From contig OZ241322.1 of NCBI GenBank assembly GCA_965199715.1, positions 1,632,001-1,696,000 on the forward strand: a DNA stretch of 64,000 nt, in the 5' to 3' direction. The DNA comes from Vicinamibacteria bacterium. Its GTDB lineage: Bacteria > Acidobacteriota > Vicinamibacteria > Marinacidobacterales > Marinacidobacteraceae. The notes below the pieces were generated by a model. It was not told the DNA's origin, ran no database searches, and was given only the letters and a program-made list of their open reading frames with translations. This document shows positions 30,456 to 40,726 of the stretch, one piece after another. Position 1 is the first letter of the stretch. Every line of letters starts with the position of its first letter. The position numbers and the translations under genes are program-made.

Positions 30456-32662
30456 CAGTAGTAGCGGTCGCGCCCCTCGCCGCTGCCGAAGGCGAAGCTG
30501 GTGATCCCCCCGAGCGTGATCCCGAACTGGAACAGGTTCTCCTGCCGCGAGACGAGGTTGTAGCGGATCCACTCGGCGCTGACCCCGCAGCACTGGAACA
30601 GGAAGTCGAGCCGCGTGCGCAGGTTCGACATGCGTCTCTCGCTGACGTCGTAGTTGACCCGGACGCTCGTGCGCAGCGCCTCGGTGGGATAGAAGTCGGC
30701 CCCGGTCCGCAGGTAGCTCGTGACGTCCGCCTCGTCGTCCGGTTCGCTCCCGAGGCGCCGCGCCCGCCTCGACCAGCTCGCGTCGAAACTCCGGTTCGAC
30801 AGCCGGTCGCCGAACCGCACGCCGGCGCGGATCGAGGTGAACAGGCTCTCCTCGGGATCCCACTCCATGGTCCAGTCGCCGTTCAGGATCGGGTCGGGAG
30901 TGAACCGGAAGTCGGACCGGATCGGCGACTTGCGAACCTCGCCCTCCTCCAGCGAGGACGAGCTGTACCCGCCGGCGTAGCTTCCGGCGGCCGGATCGAA
31001 GAAGAACGACTGGTGGACCCGCCAGGTGGCGAGGTCGGTCGCGCTCGACTCCTCGACGCCGTCGCGGTACCGCTTCGCGAGCAGCCGGTTCGCGATCCCG
31101 ACCTGGATCTCGTTGGTCGTCGGGAACCGGTCGTAGCGGTCGAAACGGTTCACCTCGTCGAAGTTGTCGTCGCTGGTGCGCAAGCTCCACCGTGCCTCCG
31201 GCTCGATCAGGTGCTTGAGCCGCGCCGCGTAGAAATTGTCCGGGGTTTCGAAGATGCGCTCGAACTTGGGGCCGCCCATCTGGAACCCGACCCCCTGATA
31301 GCGGCGGCTCAGCGTCCGCCCGGCGACGAAGTCCCGCGTGTCCGGATCGCGCGATCCGGAGTACCGGGCGTACCCGGCCTCGACCTCGCCGCTCAGGTCG
31401 AGGAACGGGATCTCCGGCAACGCCAACTGGAGCGTCGGCCCCACGAACACCCGGTCCCACTCCTCGAAGTCGTCCGACCGGGACTTCCCGACCCGCACGT
31501 AGTCCAGCTCGTAGCCGAGCTGGACGTAGCGTCCGATCACGTCGAGGCTGCGCCGCTTGATCCTGAACTGCGGCATCGTCTGCCGGATCGTGCTGCGGGT
31601 CGGATACTGGGTCTCCTTGCGGTCCACCTTGACCTGCAGGTTGTGCCGGAACACGGTGCCCCCGAGGTCGGCCTTGATCCGCTTGTAGCGCCGGGTGGAG
31701 CGCGAGAACGAGTTCTGGAAGCGGTTGCCGAAGTCGAAACTCGAGAACTGCTCGCCGAGCGCGCTCAGCCGGAACCGGCCGGGGAGCCGGCGCCGCACGT
31801 TGTAATTGAGCGAGTACTCGCGCTCGCCGGTGGTCTTGTCGTTGATGAGGAACCCCTCCGCGTCGGCGGACGAACCGGCGCCGCCCTGGTAGCGGTACTC
31901 GACGCCGAGCCCGGTTCCGGCGACGGTGAAGTGGTCGAGGCTCGCGGTCAGGTCCATGGACCGGTTGATCGCCCAGAAGAACCCTTGACTGATGAGGTGC
32001 CCCCTCGAGTCGGACCGAGCGTAGCGCGGCATGAGCAGCCCGGTCTGGCGCCCGTCCTCCTCGATCGGGTAGTACATCGCCGGAACCCACGCGAGCGGCA
32101 CTCCCTTGACCCGGAACGCCACGTTCCGCAGCCAGACGCTCCTCTCCGGGCGCACCACCGCCCGGCTGGCGGTGAAGTTCCAGCGCGGCACCGGCTGGGC
32201 GCAGGTGGTGAAGGCCCCCCGCTCGATGACGTAGTGGCCCTCCTCGTTCTCCTCCACCGACTCGGCCACGAAGTAGAAGTCCTGCCCGAGGATGCCGCGC
32301 GCGTTCTCGAACCGCGCCCTCGTCCCGGAAAGGCTCGCCGAGAGCGAATCGGCCACGACCTTCTCGTTCCCGCGCTCGAAGACCACGTTCCCCGTGGCCT
32401 CGATCCGCATATCGTCCTCCCACATCTCGATGCGGTCGGCCTGCACCCGCAGGCTCCCGAACCCGAGCTGGGCGTACCCCTCGAGGATCACGTGGGGCCC
32501 CTCCCGCTCGACGCGCTCGGCCCGGGTGACGAGCGTCCCCGCCTCGGTGGGGGCGTGGGGCCACGCGACCGGCGGCGGCCGCTGCTCGACGGCGCCCCGG
32601 CGCGGCTGGCCGGCCGCCGTTCCGGCGACGAGCGCCAGAACCAGCAGCCCGGCGGAGCGCAC
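30455..32662 (-). CDS. lptD: LPS-assembly outer membrane protein LptD
   Basis: Signal peptide, OstA-like N-domain (RVQADRIE, ATGNVVF), FTTC..P.P.W, RQTGLLMP, C-terminal QCCG. Confidence 0.85.
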   Translation of the reverse strand: MRSAGLLVLALVAGTAAGQPRRGAVEQRPPPVAWPHAPTEAGTLVTRAERVEREGPHVILEGYAQLGFGSLRVQADRIEMWEDDMRIEATGNVVFERGNEKVVADSLSASLSGTRARFENARGILGQDFYFVAESVEENEEGHYVIERGAFTTCAQPVPRWNFTASRAVVRPERSVWLRNVAFRVKGVPLAWVPAMYYPIEEDGRQTGLLMPRYARSDSRGHLISQGFFWAINRSMDLTASLDHFTVAGTGLGVEYRYQGGAGSSADAEGFLINDKTTGEREYSLNYNVRRRLPGRFRLSALGEQFSSFDFGNRFQNSFSRSTRRYKRIKADLGGTVFRHNLQVKVDRKETQYPTRSTIRQTMPQFRIKRRSLDVIGRYVQLGYELDYVRVGKSRSDDFEEWDRVFVGPTLQLALPEIPFLDLSGEVEAGYARYSGSRDPDTRDFVAGRTLSRRYQGVGFQMGGPKFERIFETPDNFYAARLKHLIEPEARWSLRTSDDNFDEVNRFDRYDRFPTTNEIQVGIANRLLAKRYRDGVEESSATDLATWRVHQSFFFDPAAGSYAGGYSSSSLEEGEVRKSPIRSDFRFTPDPILNGDWTMEWDPEESLFTSIRAGVRFGDRLSNRSFDASWSRRARRLGSEPDDEADVTSYLRTGADFYPTEALRTSVRVNYDVSERRMSNLRTRLDFLFQCCGVSAEWIRYNLVSRQENLFQFGITLGGITSFAFGSGEGRDRYY

Positions 32663-32675
32663 CGGGGCCCCGGAG

Positions 32676-33275
32676 TTACTGCGCCGGGTCGTAGTAGGGG
32701 TTCTGCCCGGCGGCGTGGTCGGTGGTGTCCAGAATCGCGCCAATCTGCGGCACCGAACGGCGCAAGGCCCGTTCCACGCCCTGGCGCAGGGTCGCCGTGG
32801 CCATCCCGCACCCCTGGCAGCCGCCGCCCATCCGCAGGAACACCTGGTTCTTCTCCACGCCGACCAGGTCGATCCAGCCGCCGTGGGACGCGACCGCCGG
32901 ATTGATCTCGTCGGTGAGCACCTGCTGGACCCGCTCCCGGATCGTCTCCGCCGGCGGAAGGTCGTCGAGGACCGACGGATCCACCGCGGCGACTCCGGCG
33001 CCGAGGGTCTCGCGGATCCGGCGCCCGATCTCGCGCCCGAGCGGCATCCAGTTCTGTTGCTCCTCGGCGTGGACGGTGACGACCTCCTCCTGGATGAGGA
33101 CGCCCTGCACCCCGGCCAGCTCGAGCAGCGAGGCCGCCATCGGCGAACCGCCCAGTTCGCCCTCGCGGTCGAACCAGGCGGACCCGTCGGGAAACAGCGG
33201 CCGGTCCACGATGAACCGGCACGTCGCGTTGTCCCGCGGCTCGGCCCGAATGAGAATGCGACCCGGATCGCTCAT
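32676..33275 (-). CDS. NfuA/NifU-like Fe-S scaffold (Nfu_N plus NifU-C domains)
   Basis: INPAVASHGG, GGGCQGC, DTTDHAAGQNPYY. Confidence 0.9.
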   Translation of the reverse strand: MSDPGRILIRAEPRDNATCRFIVDRPLFPDGSAWFDREGELGGSPMAASLLELAGVQGVLIQEEVVTVHAEEQQNWMPLGREIGRRIRETLGAGVAAVDPSVLDDLPPAETIRERVQQVLTDEINPAVASHGGWIDLVGVEKNQVFLRMGGGCQGCGMATATLRQGVERALRRSVPQIGAILDTTDHAAGQNPYYDPAQ

Positions 33276-33324
33276 GAATCGGATTCTAGCCGCCCGGCGC
33301 GGCCTCCTTATACTGCCGGCCACC

Positions 33325-34989
33325 TTGCGGCGACGGCTCGGATTCGGATCGGCGCTGGTCTCGGGGCTCGTTTTCGCGCCCGCCGCGGCGGCGCAGGGGT
33401 TCACCGACGTGACCGCCGAGTCGGGGATTTCGTTCGTTCACGACGCGGGCGACATGGGCCGCCTGTCGCTGCCCGAGATCACCGGCGCCGGCGGCGGGTT
33501 CTTCGACGCGGACGGGGACGGCGACCTTGACCTCTACCTGCTGCAGGGCGGGCGGCCGACGGACCCCGACGGGCTGGTCGCCGGCGCTCCCGGCAACGCG
33601 CTCTACCTCCAGGAGAACGGACGGTTCCGGGACGCGAGCGCCGCTTCGGGAACCGACCACGCCGGCTACGGCATGGGACTCGCCGCCGGCGACTACGACG
33701 GCGACGGGCTGACCGACCTCTTCATCACGAACTATGGGCCGGACGCGCTCTTCCGCAATCTCGGCGGCGGGGTCTTCGAGGACGTGACCGAGGCGGCGGG
33801 CATGGCGGGCGAGGGCTGGTCCTCCTCCGCCGCGTTCTGCGACTTCGACGCCGACGGCCGGCTCGACCTCTACGTGACCCGCTACGTCAGGAACGACCCG
33901 GCGAAGGAGTGCACCCAGCAGGACGGAACCCGCGACTACTGCTCCCCGCAGGTCTTTCCCGGCGCCCACGACTACCTCTACCGGAACACCGGCGCGGGGT
34001 TCGAGGAGATCTCGCTCGCCGCCGGTCTGCGCAGCGTCCACGCCCCCGGCCTCGGCGTGGTCTGCGCCGACTTCGACGGCGACCGCACGCTCGACTTCTA
34101 CGTGGCGAACGACGGCGAAGCGAACCAGTTGTGGCTGAACGGCGGCGACCGGACGTTCGCCGACGACGCCTTCCTCGCCGGCGTGGCGCTGAACGACTCG
34201 GGAAGGCCGGAAGCGGGCATGGGGATCGCGCTCGGCGACCTCGACGCCGATCTCGACCTCGACCTCTTCGTGACCCACGTGGCCGACGAGACGAACACGC
34301 TCTACCGCAACGACGGCGCGGAGTTCGGGCTGGCGTTCGCCGACCGCACCGGCCCCTCGGGACTCGGGCTCCCCAGCATGGCCCGCACCGGATTCGGGGT
34401 CGCCTTCGCCGACCTCGACCTCGACGGCGCCCTCGACGTGGTGCTCGCGAACGGCCGGGTCCAGCGGCAGCCGGCGCTTCCGGGCGCGAGCGGCGACGCC
34501 TTCTGGAGCGCCTTCGCCGAGCCCAACCAGGTCTTCCTGAACGGCGGCGCCGACGCCGGCGACGCGATCTTCGCCGAGCGGACCGACGCCGGCGACTTCA
34601 CCCGGGCGCTCGAGATCAGCCGGGGCCTCGCCGTCGCCGACTACGACGAGGACGGCGACCCCGATGTCCTGATCCTGAACGCCGAGGGCCCGGCGCGGCT
34701 CTACCGCAACGATTTCGAGCGGCGGGGAACCCCGCTGCTGGTCCAGCCGCTGCTGGCGGACGGGCGGCCCGCCTTCCCCGCGCGGGTCACCGCGACCCTC
34801 GACGACGGAACCGAGATCGTCCGCCGCGCCGACCCGGGCGGGAGCTACCTCGCGACCGGCGACCCCCGGGCGCTGTTCGGGATTCCCGCCGGACGCGCCG
34901 TGACCGCGCTGCGGGTGCTCTGGCCCGACGGCTCGGCGGAGTCGTTCCCCCCCGGCGCGGACCCGGTCCAGGGCGAGGGACAACGGTAG
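33325..34989 (+). CDS. CRTAC1/ASPIC-UnbV FG-GAP repeat protein
   Basis: Multiple DxDGDGxLD repeats, YGMG, AGMG, SRGLAVADYD, GGSYLA. TTG at 33325 follows a TATACT box; alternative ATG at 33274. Confidence 0.9.
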   Translation: MRRRLGFGSALVSGLVFAPAAAAQGFTDVTAESGISFVHDAGDMGRLSLPEITGAGGGFFDADGDGDLDLYLLQGGRPTDPDGLVAGAPGNALYLQENGRFRDASAASGTDHAGYGMGLAAGDYDGDGLTDLFITNYGPDALFRNLGGGVFEDVTEAAGMAGEGWSSSAAFCDFDADGRLDLYVTRYVRNDPAKECTQQDGTRDYCSPQVFPGAHDYLYRNTGAGFEEISLAAGLRSVHAPGLGVVCADFDGDRTLDFYVANDGEANQLWLNGGDRTFADDAFLAGVALNDSGRPEAGMGIALGDLDADLDLDLFVTHVADETNTLYRNDGAEFGLAFADRTGPSGLGLPSMARTGFGVAFADLDLDGALDVVLANGRVQRQPALPGASGDAFWSAFAEPNQVFLNGGADAGDAIFAERTDAGDFTRALEISRGLAVADYDEDGDPDVLILNAEGPARLYRNDFERRGTPLLVQPLLADGRPAFPARVTATLDDGTEIVRRADPGGSYLATGDPRALFGIPAGRAVTALRVLWPDGSAESFPPGADPVQGEGQR

Positions 34990-34990
34990 C

Positions 34991-36376
34991 GTGCGCCGGA
35001 TCCTCTGGATCGCGCTTTGGGCGCTCGGCTGCGCGAGCGGCCCCGAGCCGCCGGACCCGGACCTCTCCGAGGCCGAGCCGGCGGTGGCCGCTTCCGTCCG
35101 GGCCGCCCGGGAAGCGGTGCTGCGGGCGCCGGATTCGGTGGAGCGCCGGGGCGCGCTCGGCGCCGCGCTCCTCGCCCACGAACTCCACGAGGCGGCCGCG
35201 GTCGCCTACCGCCACGCCGCCGAGCTCGCGCCGGACGACTACCGCTGGTCCTACCTCGAGGCGCGGTCGCTGTGGCGGCTCGATCCCGTGGCCGCCGAAG
35301 CGGCGGCGCTGGCGGCGACCCGCCAGAACCCCGGCTACGCCCCCGCGTGGCTGCTCGCCGGGCAGCTCGCCGAGGACCGGGAGGACGCGGACGCCGCGCT
35401 CGAACGCTACCGGGAAGCGGTCGAGACGCTCGGCGACCGCGCCGAGCCGGCGAACGCCGCGTCGCTCAGCTTCCGCCTCGGCCGGATGCTCGCCGGGCGC
35501 GGGGAGTTCGCCGACGCGCTGCCGCTCCTCGAGCGCGCCGCCGCGCTGGCCCCCGAGTCCGGAGCGATCGCGGCCGCGCTGGCGCGGGTCTATCGCCGCA
35601 ACGGCGACGCCGCGCTGGCGTCGGACGCGGCGGCGCGCGCCCGGGGCCTCGACCACGACCTCGTCATCGAAGACCCGCTCATGGACCGGGTGCTCCTAAC
35701 CGCCGTCTCGGTCGTCGGCCGGGAGCGCCGGGCGTTCGCCGCCGAGGGAGCCGGACGCCCCGAGGTGGCCGAGCGGCTCCTTCGGGAGATGATCCGAACG
35801 CGCCCCGACTCGGCGGACCTCTACTACAACCTCGGCAACAACCTTTCGCGCCAGGGACGCAACGAGGAAGCGCTGGCGGCGTGGGACGGCGCGCTCGACC
35901 GCAACCCGAACCACGTCGCCACGCTCATCAACTCGGCCATCGTGCTCGCCCAGTCCGGCGGCCGCGACGAGGCCGCCCGCCGCTGCCGCCGAGCGCTCGA
36001 GATCCACCCCGATCACTCGGGGGCGCTCTCCAGCCTCGGCAGCATCGCCGCGCTGGACGGCCGCCGGGGCGAGGCCATCGACTGGTTCCGTCGCTCGCTC
36101 GAGGTGGAGCCGGGCCGCGCTGGCACCCACGACTCGCTCGGGCAGGTGCTCGCCGCGGACCGCCAATTCCGCGAAGCGGCGCGGCACTTCCGCATCGCCG
36201 TGGCCGCCGAGCCGTTCCGGGCCGACTACCGGCTGGGACTCGCCGCCGCGCTGGCCTCGGTCGGCGACTTCGAGGGAGCCTGGGAAACGGCCCACGAGGG
36301 CGAGCGCCTGAAGGCCCCGCTACCCGCCGACTTCCTCAGGATGCTGCGGCAGGCGATGCCGGAGCCGAGCCGCTGA
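34991..36376 (+). CDS. Tetratricopeptide-repeat lipoprotein
   Basis: Lipobox ALGC; many TPR units (YYNLGNNL, ALEIHPDH). Confidence 0.88.
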   Translation: MRRILWIALWALGCASGPEPPDPDLSEAEPAVAASVRAAREAVLRAPDSVERRGALGAALLAHELHEAAAVAYRHAAELAPDDYRWSYLEARSLWRLDPVAAEAAALAATRQNPGYAPAWLLAGQLAEDREDADAALERYREAVETLGDRAEPANAASLSFRLGRMLAGRGEFADALPLLERAAALAPESGAIAAALARVYRRNGDAALASDAAARARGLDHDLVIEDPLMDRVLLTAVSVVGRERRAFAAEGAGRPEVAERLLREMIRTRPDSADLYYNLGNNLSRQGRNEEALAAWDGALDRNPNHVATLINSAIVLAQSGGRDEAARRCRRALEIHPDHSGALSSLGSIAALDGRRGEAIDWFRRSLEVEPGRAGTHDSLGQVLAADRQFREAARHFRIAVAAEPFRADYRLGLAAALASVGDFEGAWETAHEGERLKAPLPADFLRMLRQAMPEPSR

Positions 36377-36477
36377 TTCCGATTTCCCGAATCGCGGACG
36401 CCCGGAAATTTGGAAGCCGGAACCGGCGTTCGCATCCAAACCCTTCCATCCTATACGGTTGCGGCCGAATCCGCCGC

Positions 36478-36492
36478 TGGCACGCCAGTTGC
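36478..36492 (+). promoter_or_regulatory. Sigma-54 promoter of TBDR 1
   Basis: TGGCACGCCAGTTGC, an exact match to TGGCACG-N4-TTGC, 44 bp upstream of the ATG. Confidence 0.8.
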
Positions 36493-36536
36493 CGGTCTCG
36501 CGTCACTCTTTCTTTCTCCCCACCCAAGGAGGGACC

Positions 36537-39434
36537 ATGAGACGAGCATCTCTCGCATTCCTGTTCCTTGCGGCTGCCGCGCCGGCGCTCGGCCAGCAGC
36601 AGTACGGACGACTTCAGGGGTCGGCGATCGACGCCCAGGGCCTCGCCTTGCCGGGGGTGACCGTCAACCTCGCGGGCGACGCGATCATCGGAAGCAGGAA
36701 CGCGGCAACGGACGTGGACGGTTCGTACCGCTTCCAGGCGCTGCCTCCGGGCGACTACACGCTCACCTTCGAGCTGAGCGGCTTCCAGACCGTCGTCTAT
36801 GAGGAGATCCGAGTCGTCACCGGGTCCACCTTCGAGGTGGACGCCACGATGCAGATCGCGACCGTGGCCGAGACCGTCACCGTGACCGGCGAGTCCCCGG
36901 TCGTGGACGTGAAGTCCACCGGAGTGGCCGCCACGTTCGACGACACCCAGCTCGACGAGGTGCCGACCGCCACCGACATGTGGGCGGTCCTGCACCAGAG
37001 TCCGGGCGTTCGGGTGACGGGAATCGACGTGGGAGGCTCGCACAAGAGCCAGCAGAGCACGTACGAGACCTTCGGCGTGCGCAGCCAGAACCGGGTCCTC
37101 TACGAGGGCGTGAACACCACCGAGGGAACCGGCAGCGCGGGCGGCTACTACGACTACTACGCGATGGAGGAGATGCAGGTCGCGGCGCAGGGCGCGGACG
37201 TGGAGATGTCCACTCCCGGAGCCCAGATCCAGACCACCGTCAAGAGCGGCGGCAACGAGTTCTCCGGCCTCGAGAGCGGCGCGTGGAACCCCGAGAGCCT
37301 CATCGCCGAGAACATCAGCAGCGACCTCGAGGCGCGGGGCGGCACCCCGTCGCCGGTCGTCCAGTTCTACGAGTTCCACGTGGACCTCGGCGGACCGATC
37401 GTTCGGGACAAGGCGTGGTTCTACGGCGCGTACAACAACTTCTACATCGACACGGTGATCTCCGGAACCGACCCGGACATCGCGACCGACATCGGCGATT
37501 TCGACATCTTCACCGCCAAGGTGAACTACCAGATCACCGAGCGGGACCAGTTCATCGGGTTCTCGACGTGGTCGTGGAAGCGCAAGCCCAACCGCTCGCT
37601 GTCGGTCCAGATTCCGGCGGAGTCGGTGCTCGCGCAGGACTACTGGATCTGGCTCCACAAGGCCGAGTGGCAGCGGGTCTGGAGCGACCGTCTCTACAGC
37701 AACATCATGGTGGGGCACATGGGCACGACCTGGCCCATGGTTCCCAAGGCGGACCCGGTCAACGGCAACGAGCCCCGGATCGACCTCTCGACCAACGTGC
37801 GGTCGGGCGCCGGCTGGCAGCCGTTCACCCGCAACCGCTGGAAGCCGCAGAGCACCGGTCAGTTCAACTACTACGTGCCGGTCGGCAACGGCAGCCATGA
37901 CCTCAAGTTCGGCTGGGACTGGCAGATCGACAGCGAGCTCTCCGGCTGGAACACGAACTCGGGAGCCATCCGCTACCGGGACGACCCGGCGCAGGGCCGC
38001 GCGCTGAACGTGCACCAGGTGGACCTGGTCGGCGTCCCGAACCTCGTGGACAACCGGAACACGCACTACGACTTCTTCGCCCAGGACGTGTGGACGGTCA
38101 ATGACCGGCTGACCCTGATGGTCGGCGCGCGGATCGGGAGCCAGATCCTGACCTACCTCGAGTCCGACAACTCGCCGGGAAGCGCCTGCCAGGACGTGCT
38201 GGCGTGCCAGTTCGAGCTGCCGGCGAACCAGAGCCAGGTGCTGAGCACCGTGTTCGGAACCGGCGGGGTCACCCCCGGCGCCGACGTGGCGAGCCACTGG
38301 AACGTCGCTCCTCGGGTCGGACTGACCTTCGACATCACCGGCGAGGGCTCAACGGTCTTCAAGACCTACTTCGGGCGCTACTACTCGAACCTCGGCACCG
38401 GCCTGCGGTCGGCGAACCCCGGCGGCCAGCCTTCGGCCCGCTACGAGTTCCTCGACCAGAACGCGAACGGCGTCGTGGACGACGCGTCCGAACTGGGCCA
38501 GCAGCTCTCCTTCACGGCGGGCGCCGGCTCCGGCAGCACGACCCCGATCGATCCCAACTGGTCGCTTCCCTACGCGGACGAGTTCAGCGCCGCGGTGGAG
38601 CACGAGCTGACCACCGACCTCGGCGTGCGCGCGTCGTACGTGTACAAGCGGCTCCGGAACACCTGGAGCAACTACGACCAGGTGGACGCGCTCAACCGGA
38701 ACACCCCGCTCACGATCAACGAGTGCGCCTCGTGCCCGGCGGGCTACAACCGAACGTTCAACCTCCTCCTCTACCCCGAGGACCTGGTGGGCCAGACCTC
38801 CAACCTGACCACGAACCACCCGGCCGGCGAGAGCGACATGGACTTCCACACCGTCTCGCTGGGGATCAACAAGCGGTTCCGGAACAACTTCTTCTACAAC
38901 GTGTACTTCGACTACCAGTGGCGGTCGGAGCCCCGGAGCCCCGGAACGTCCGCGACCTCGTGGAACGCGACCAGCCCACTCAGCTCGGATCCCACCGCGC
39001 AGGGTTGGTTCATCAACTACGACCAGGACATCCCGACGGTCCAGGACACCTCGACCTACCAGTTGAAGGCGGCGGCCCGCTACGTGCTTCCGTACGACAT
39101 TGGCGTCGCCGGCACCTACCGGTACATCAGCGGCTGGAACTACGCGCCGATCCACCGGAACTCGGTGTACGACGGGCGCGTGACCGTGTACTCGTGGCTC
39201 GGTCTGATGAACGAGAACCGTTCGGACGACGTGGTCATGTTGGACCTGCGCGCGGACAAGACGTTCCCGCTCGGAGATCGGATGAACTTCCAGATGATCT
39301 TCGACGTGTTCAACGCCATGAACGCGAACACGATCGTGAACTTCCAGCTCCTGGATACGGTCGTGCCCTATCAACGAATCGTGGAGTACCTGAAGGGCCG
39401 AACCATCGGCCTCTCTGCGAGGTTGACCTTCTGA
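36537..39434 (+). CDS. TonB-dependent receptor (carboxypeptidase-regulatory N-domain, Oar-like), copy 1
   Basis: Signal peptide, LPGVTV, ETVTVTGESPVVD, KSGGN, LGGPIVRDKAWF, C-terminal RLTF; AAGGAGG RBS. Confidence 0.93.
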   Translation: MRRASLAFLFLAAAAPALGQQQYGRLQGSAIDAQGLALPGVTVNLAGDAIIGSRNAATDVDGSYRFQALPPGDYTLTFELSGFQTVVYEEIRVVTGSTFEVDATMQIATVAETVTVTGESPVVDVKSTGVAATFDDTQLDEVPTATDMWAVLHQSPGVRVTGIDVGGSHKSQQSTYETFGVRSQNRVLYEGVNTTEGTGSAGGYYDYYAMEEMQVAAQGADVEMSTPGAQIQTTVKSGGNEFSGLESGAWNPESLIAENISSDLEARGGTPSPVVQFYEFHVDLGGPIVRDKAWFYGAYNNFYIDTVISGTDPDIATDIGDFDIFTAKVNYQITERDQFIGFSTWSWKRKPNRSLSVQIPAESVLAQDYWIWLHKAEWQRVWSDRLYSNIMVGHMGTTWPMVPKADPVNGNEPRIDLSTNVRSGAGWQPFTRNRWKPQSTGQFNYYVPVGNGSHDLKFGWDWQIDSELSGWNTNSGAIRYRDDPAQGRALNVHQVDLVGVPNLVDNRNTHYDFFAQDVWTVNDRLTLMVGARIGSQILTYLESDNSPGSACQDVLACQFELPANQSQVLSTVFGTGGVTPGADVASHWNVAPRVGLTFDITGEGSTVFKTYFGRYYSNLGTGLRSANPGGQPSARYEFLDQNANGVVDDASELGQQLSFTAGAGSGSTTPIDPNWSLPYADEFSAAVEHELTTDLGVRASYVYKRLRNTWSNYDQVDALNRNTPLTINECASCPAGYNRTFNLLLYPEDLVGQTSNLTTNHPAGESDMDFHTVSLGINKRFRNNFFYNVYFDYQWRSEPRSPGTSATSWNATSPLSSDPTAQGWFINYDQDIPTVQDTSTYQLKAAARYVLPYDIGVAGTYRYISGWNYAPIHRNSVYDGRVTVYSWLGLMNENRSDDVVMLDLRADKTFPLGDRMNFQMIFDVFNAMNANTIVNFQLLDTVVPYQRIVEYLKGRTIGLSARLTF

Positions 39435-39456
39435 CCTGATCGAAGGCCAACCCCAG

Positions 39457-39493
39457 GCCCGCCGGTCTCGCCCCGAGGCCGGCGGGCTTTTTT
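39457..39493 (+). terminator. Intrinsic terminator after TBDR 1
   Basis: Stem GCCCGCCGGTCTCG / CGAGGCCGGCGGGC followed by TTTTTT. Confidence 0.88.
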
Positions 39494-39705
39494 GCGGTCC
39501 CTGCCGGACGCGGATTTGACGGCGTAGCTCCCGCTCGGATCCACTCCCCGGTGGGCGGATTCGCATGGTTGTCGCGTGGCGGCGAGGGCGAGGACTCCGC
39601 GGGAGAGGGATTCCGGGCGCCCCGACCCAGCCATGGACGCGATGAGCGAGCCGAACGGATGCGGGTGATCGGAAACGTGTTCGCCGACAATCCAGAGAGC
39701 GCCCG

Positions 39706-39909
39706 ATGAACGGCCGCGGTCGTGGGTGGGCTTCTCGCTCCAGGCCAGCAGATACCGGCTCAGGCGAACAGGTCCCGGTCGCGCCCGCGAGTCCCAAGGA
39801 CGATCAGGAGAAACGCGACGCCATCGTGGAGCGGATCCGCCGGATCAACCTGCGGGCCCCGGCGGGCGAAACGACGCTCGGCCTGCTCAAGAAGCTGCGG
39901 GGTTACTGA
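39706..39909 (+). pseudogene. Possible antitoxin C-terminal remnant
   Basis: Ends VPVAPASPKDDQEKRDAIVERIRRINLRAPAGETTLGLLKKLRGY, resembling Phd/VapB tails; the N-terminus does not look coding. Confidence 0.3.
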
Positions 39910-39915
39910 AGGTCT

Positions 39916-40672
39916 TCAGCGGCGCTCCGGGAGCTCCACGGCCCCCCGGACGCCCGAGTGCGAGATGCGCCGCCGGCCCCCCTCCTCGACCACGAGGCCG
40001 CCCGCGACGTCCCGGACGGTGACCCGGCCCGAACCGGGATCGCCGATCACCACGTCGCCGCCGACGCCGTCGATCCGAAGGCTCCCCGAGCCGTCGTCGC
40101 CGACCCGGACGCTGCCGGTCACGTCGGCGATGCGGACGCTGCCCGAGCCGTCGTTCACGTGCACGTCCCCATCGACCCCCTCGATCCGCAGGCTGCCCGA
40201 CCCGTCCTCGAAGGCCAGGCCGCCGGTCAGGTTCCGGATGCTGAGGCTGCCGGAGCCGTCCTCCACGACGACCGCGCCCACCGCGTCGATGGAAGCGTTG
40301 CCCGAACCGTCGTCAAGATCGATTCCCGTCCCCGCGGGCGCCCGCACCTCGAGCGCGATCCGGACGTAGGCGCCCCCCGCTCCGCGACCATCCCGACTCC
40401 GGGTACCTCGTCGTCAGCGAGCCGCCCTCGAGCGCGTCGTCGAGCGCGTCGTCGAGCGCGTCGAACCGCTCCTGGTCGGAAGCGCACAGCGTCGCGGTCA
40501 CCGCGATCTCCGAAGCGGCCGGATCGCCGACGATCTCCACCGGCCCGGCCCCGCTCTCGACCCGCAGCAGGTCCGTCGCCGGCGCGGAGAGTTCGCGGAC
40601 CTCCCGCACCTCGCAACGCTCCTGCACCATCATCGACGCTCCGGCCATCAGAATCAGTGTCACGATGCTCAT
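39916..40672 (-). pseudogene. DUF4097/adhesin-like beta-repeat protein, frameshifted at a G6 tract
   Basis: 5' frame MSIVTLILMAG...RVESGAGPVEIVG; 3' frame has repeated DGSGSL/V units. Deleting one G at 40373-40378 fuses them (SGGAYVRIALEVRAP). Confidence 0.78.
40428..40463. repeat. 12-bp tandem repeat, three copies
   Basis: TCGAGCGCGTCG x3, encoding DALD-DALD-DALE on the minus strand. Confidence 0.85.
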
Positions 40673-40726
40673 GATGCTTCCCCCCGGCGGGCGGACCGCC
40701 TGCGTCTCTGTTCTGGAACGCAGCGG

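Noticed and set aside
39494-39705. Possible ncRNA downstream of the TBDR 1 terminator
   Set aside because: No recognisable family, clear promoter-terminator pair or convincing structure beyond GC-rich chance pairing.
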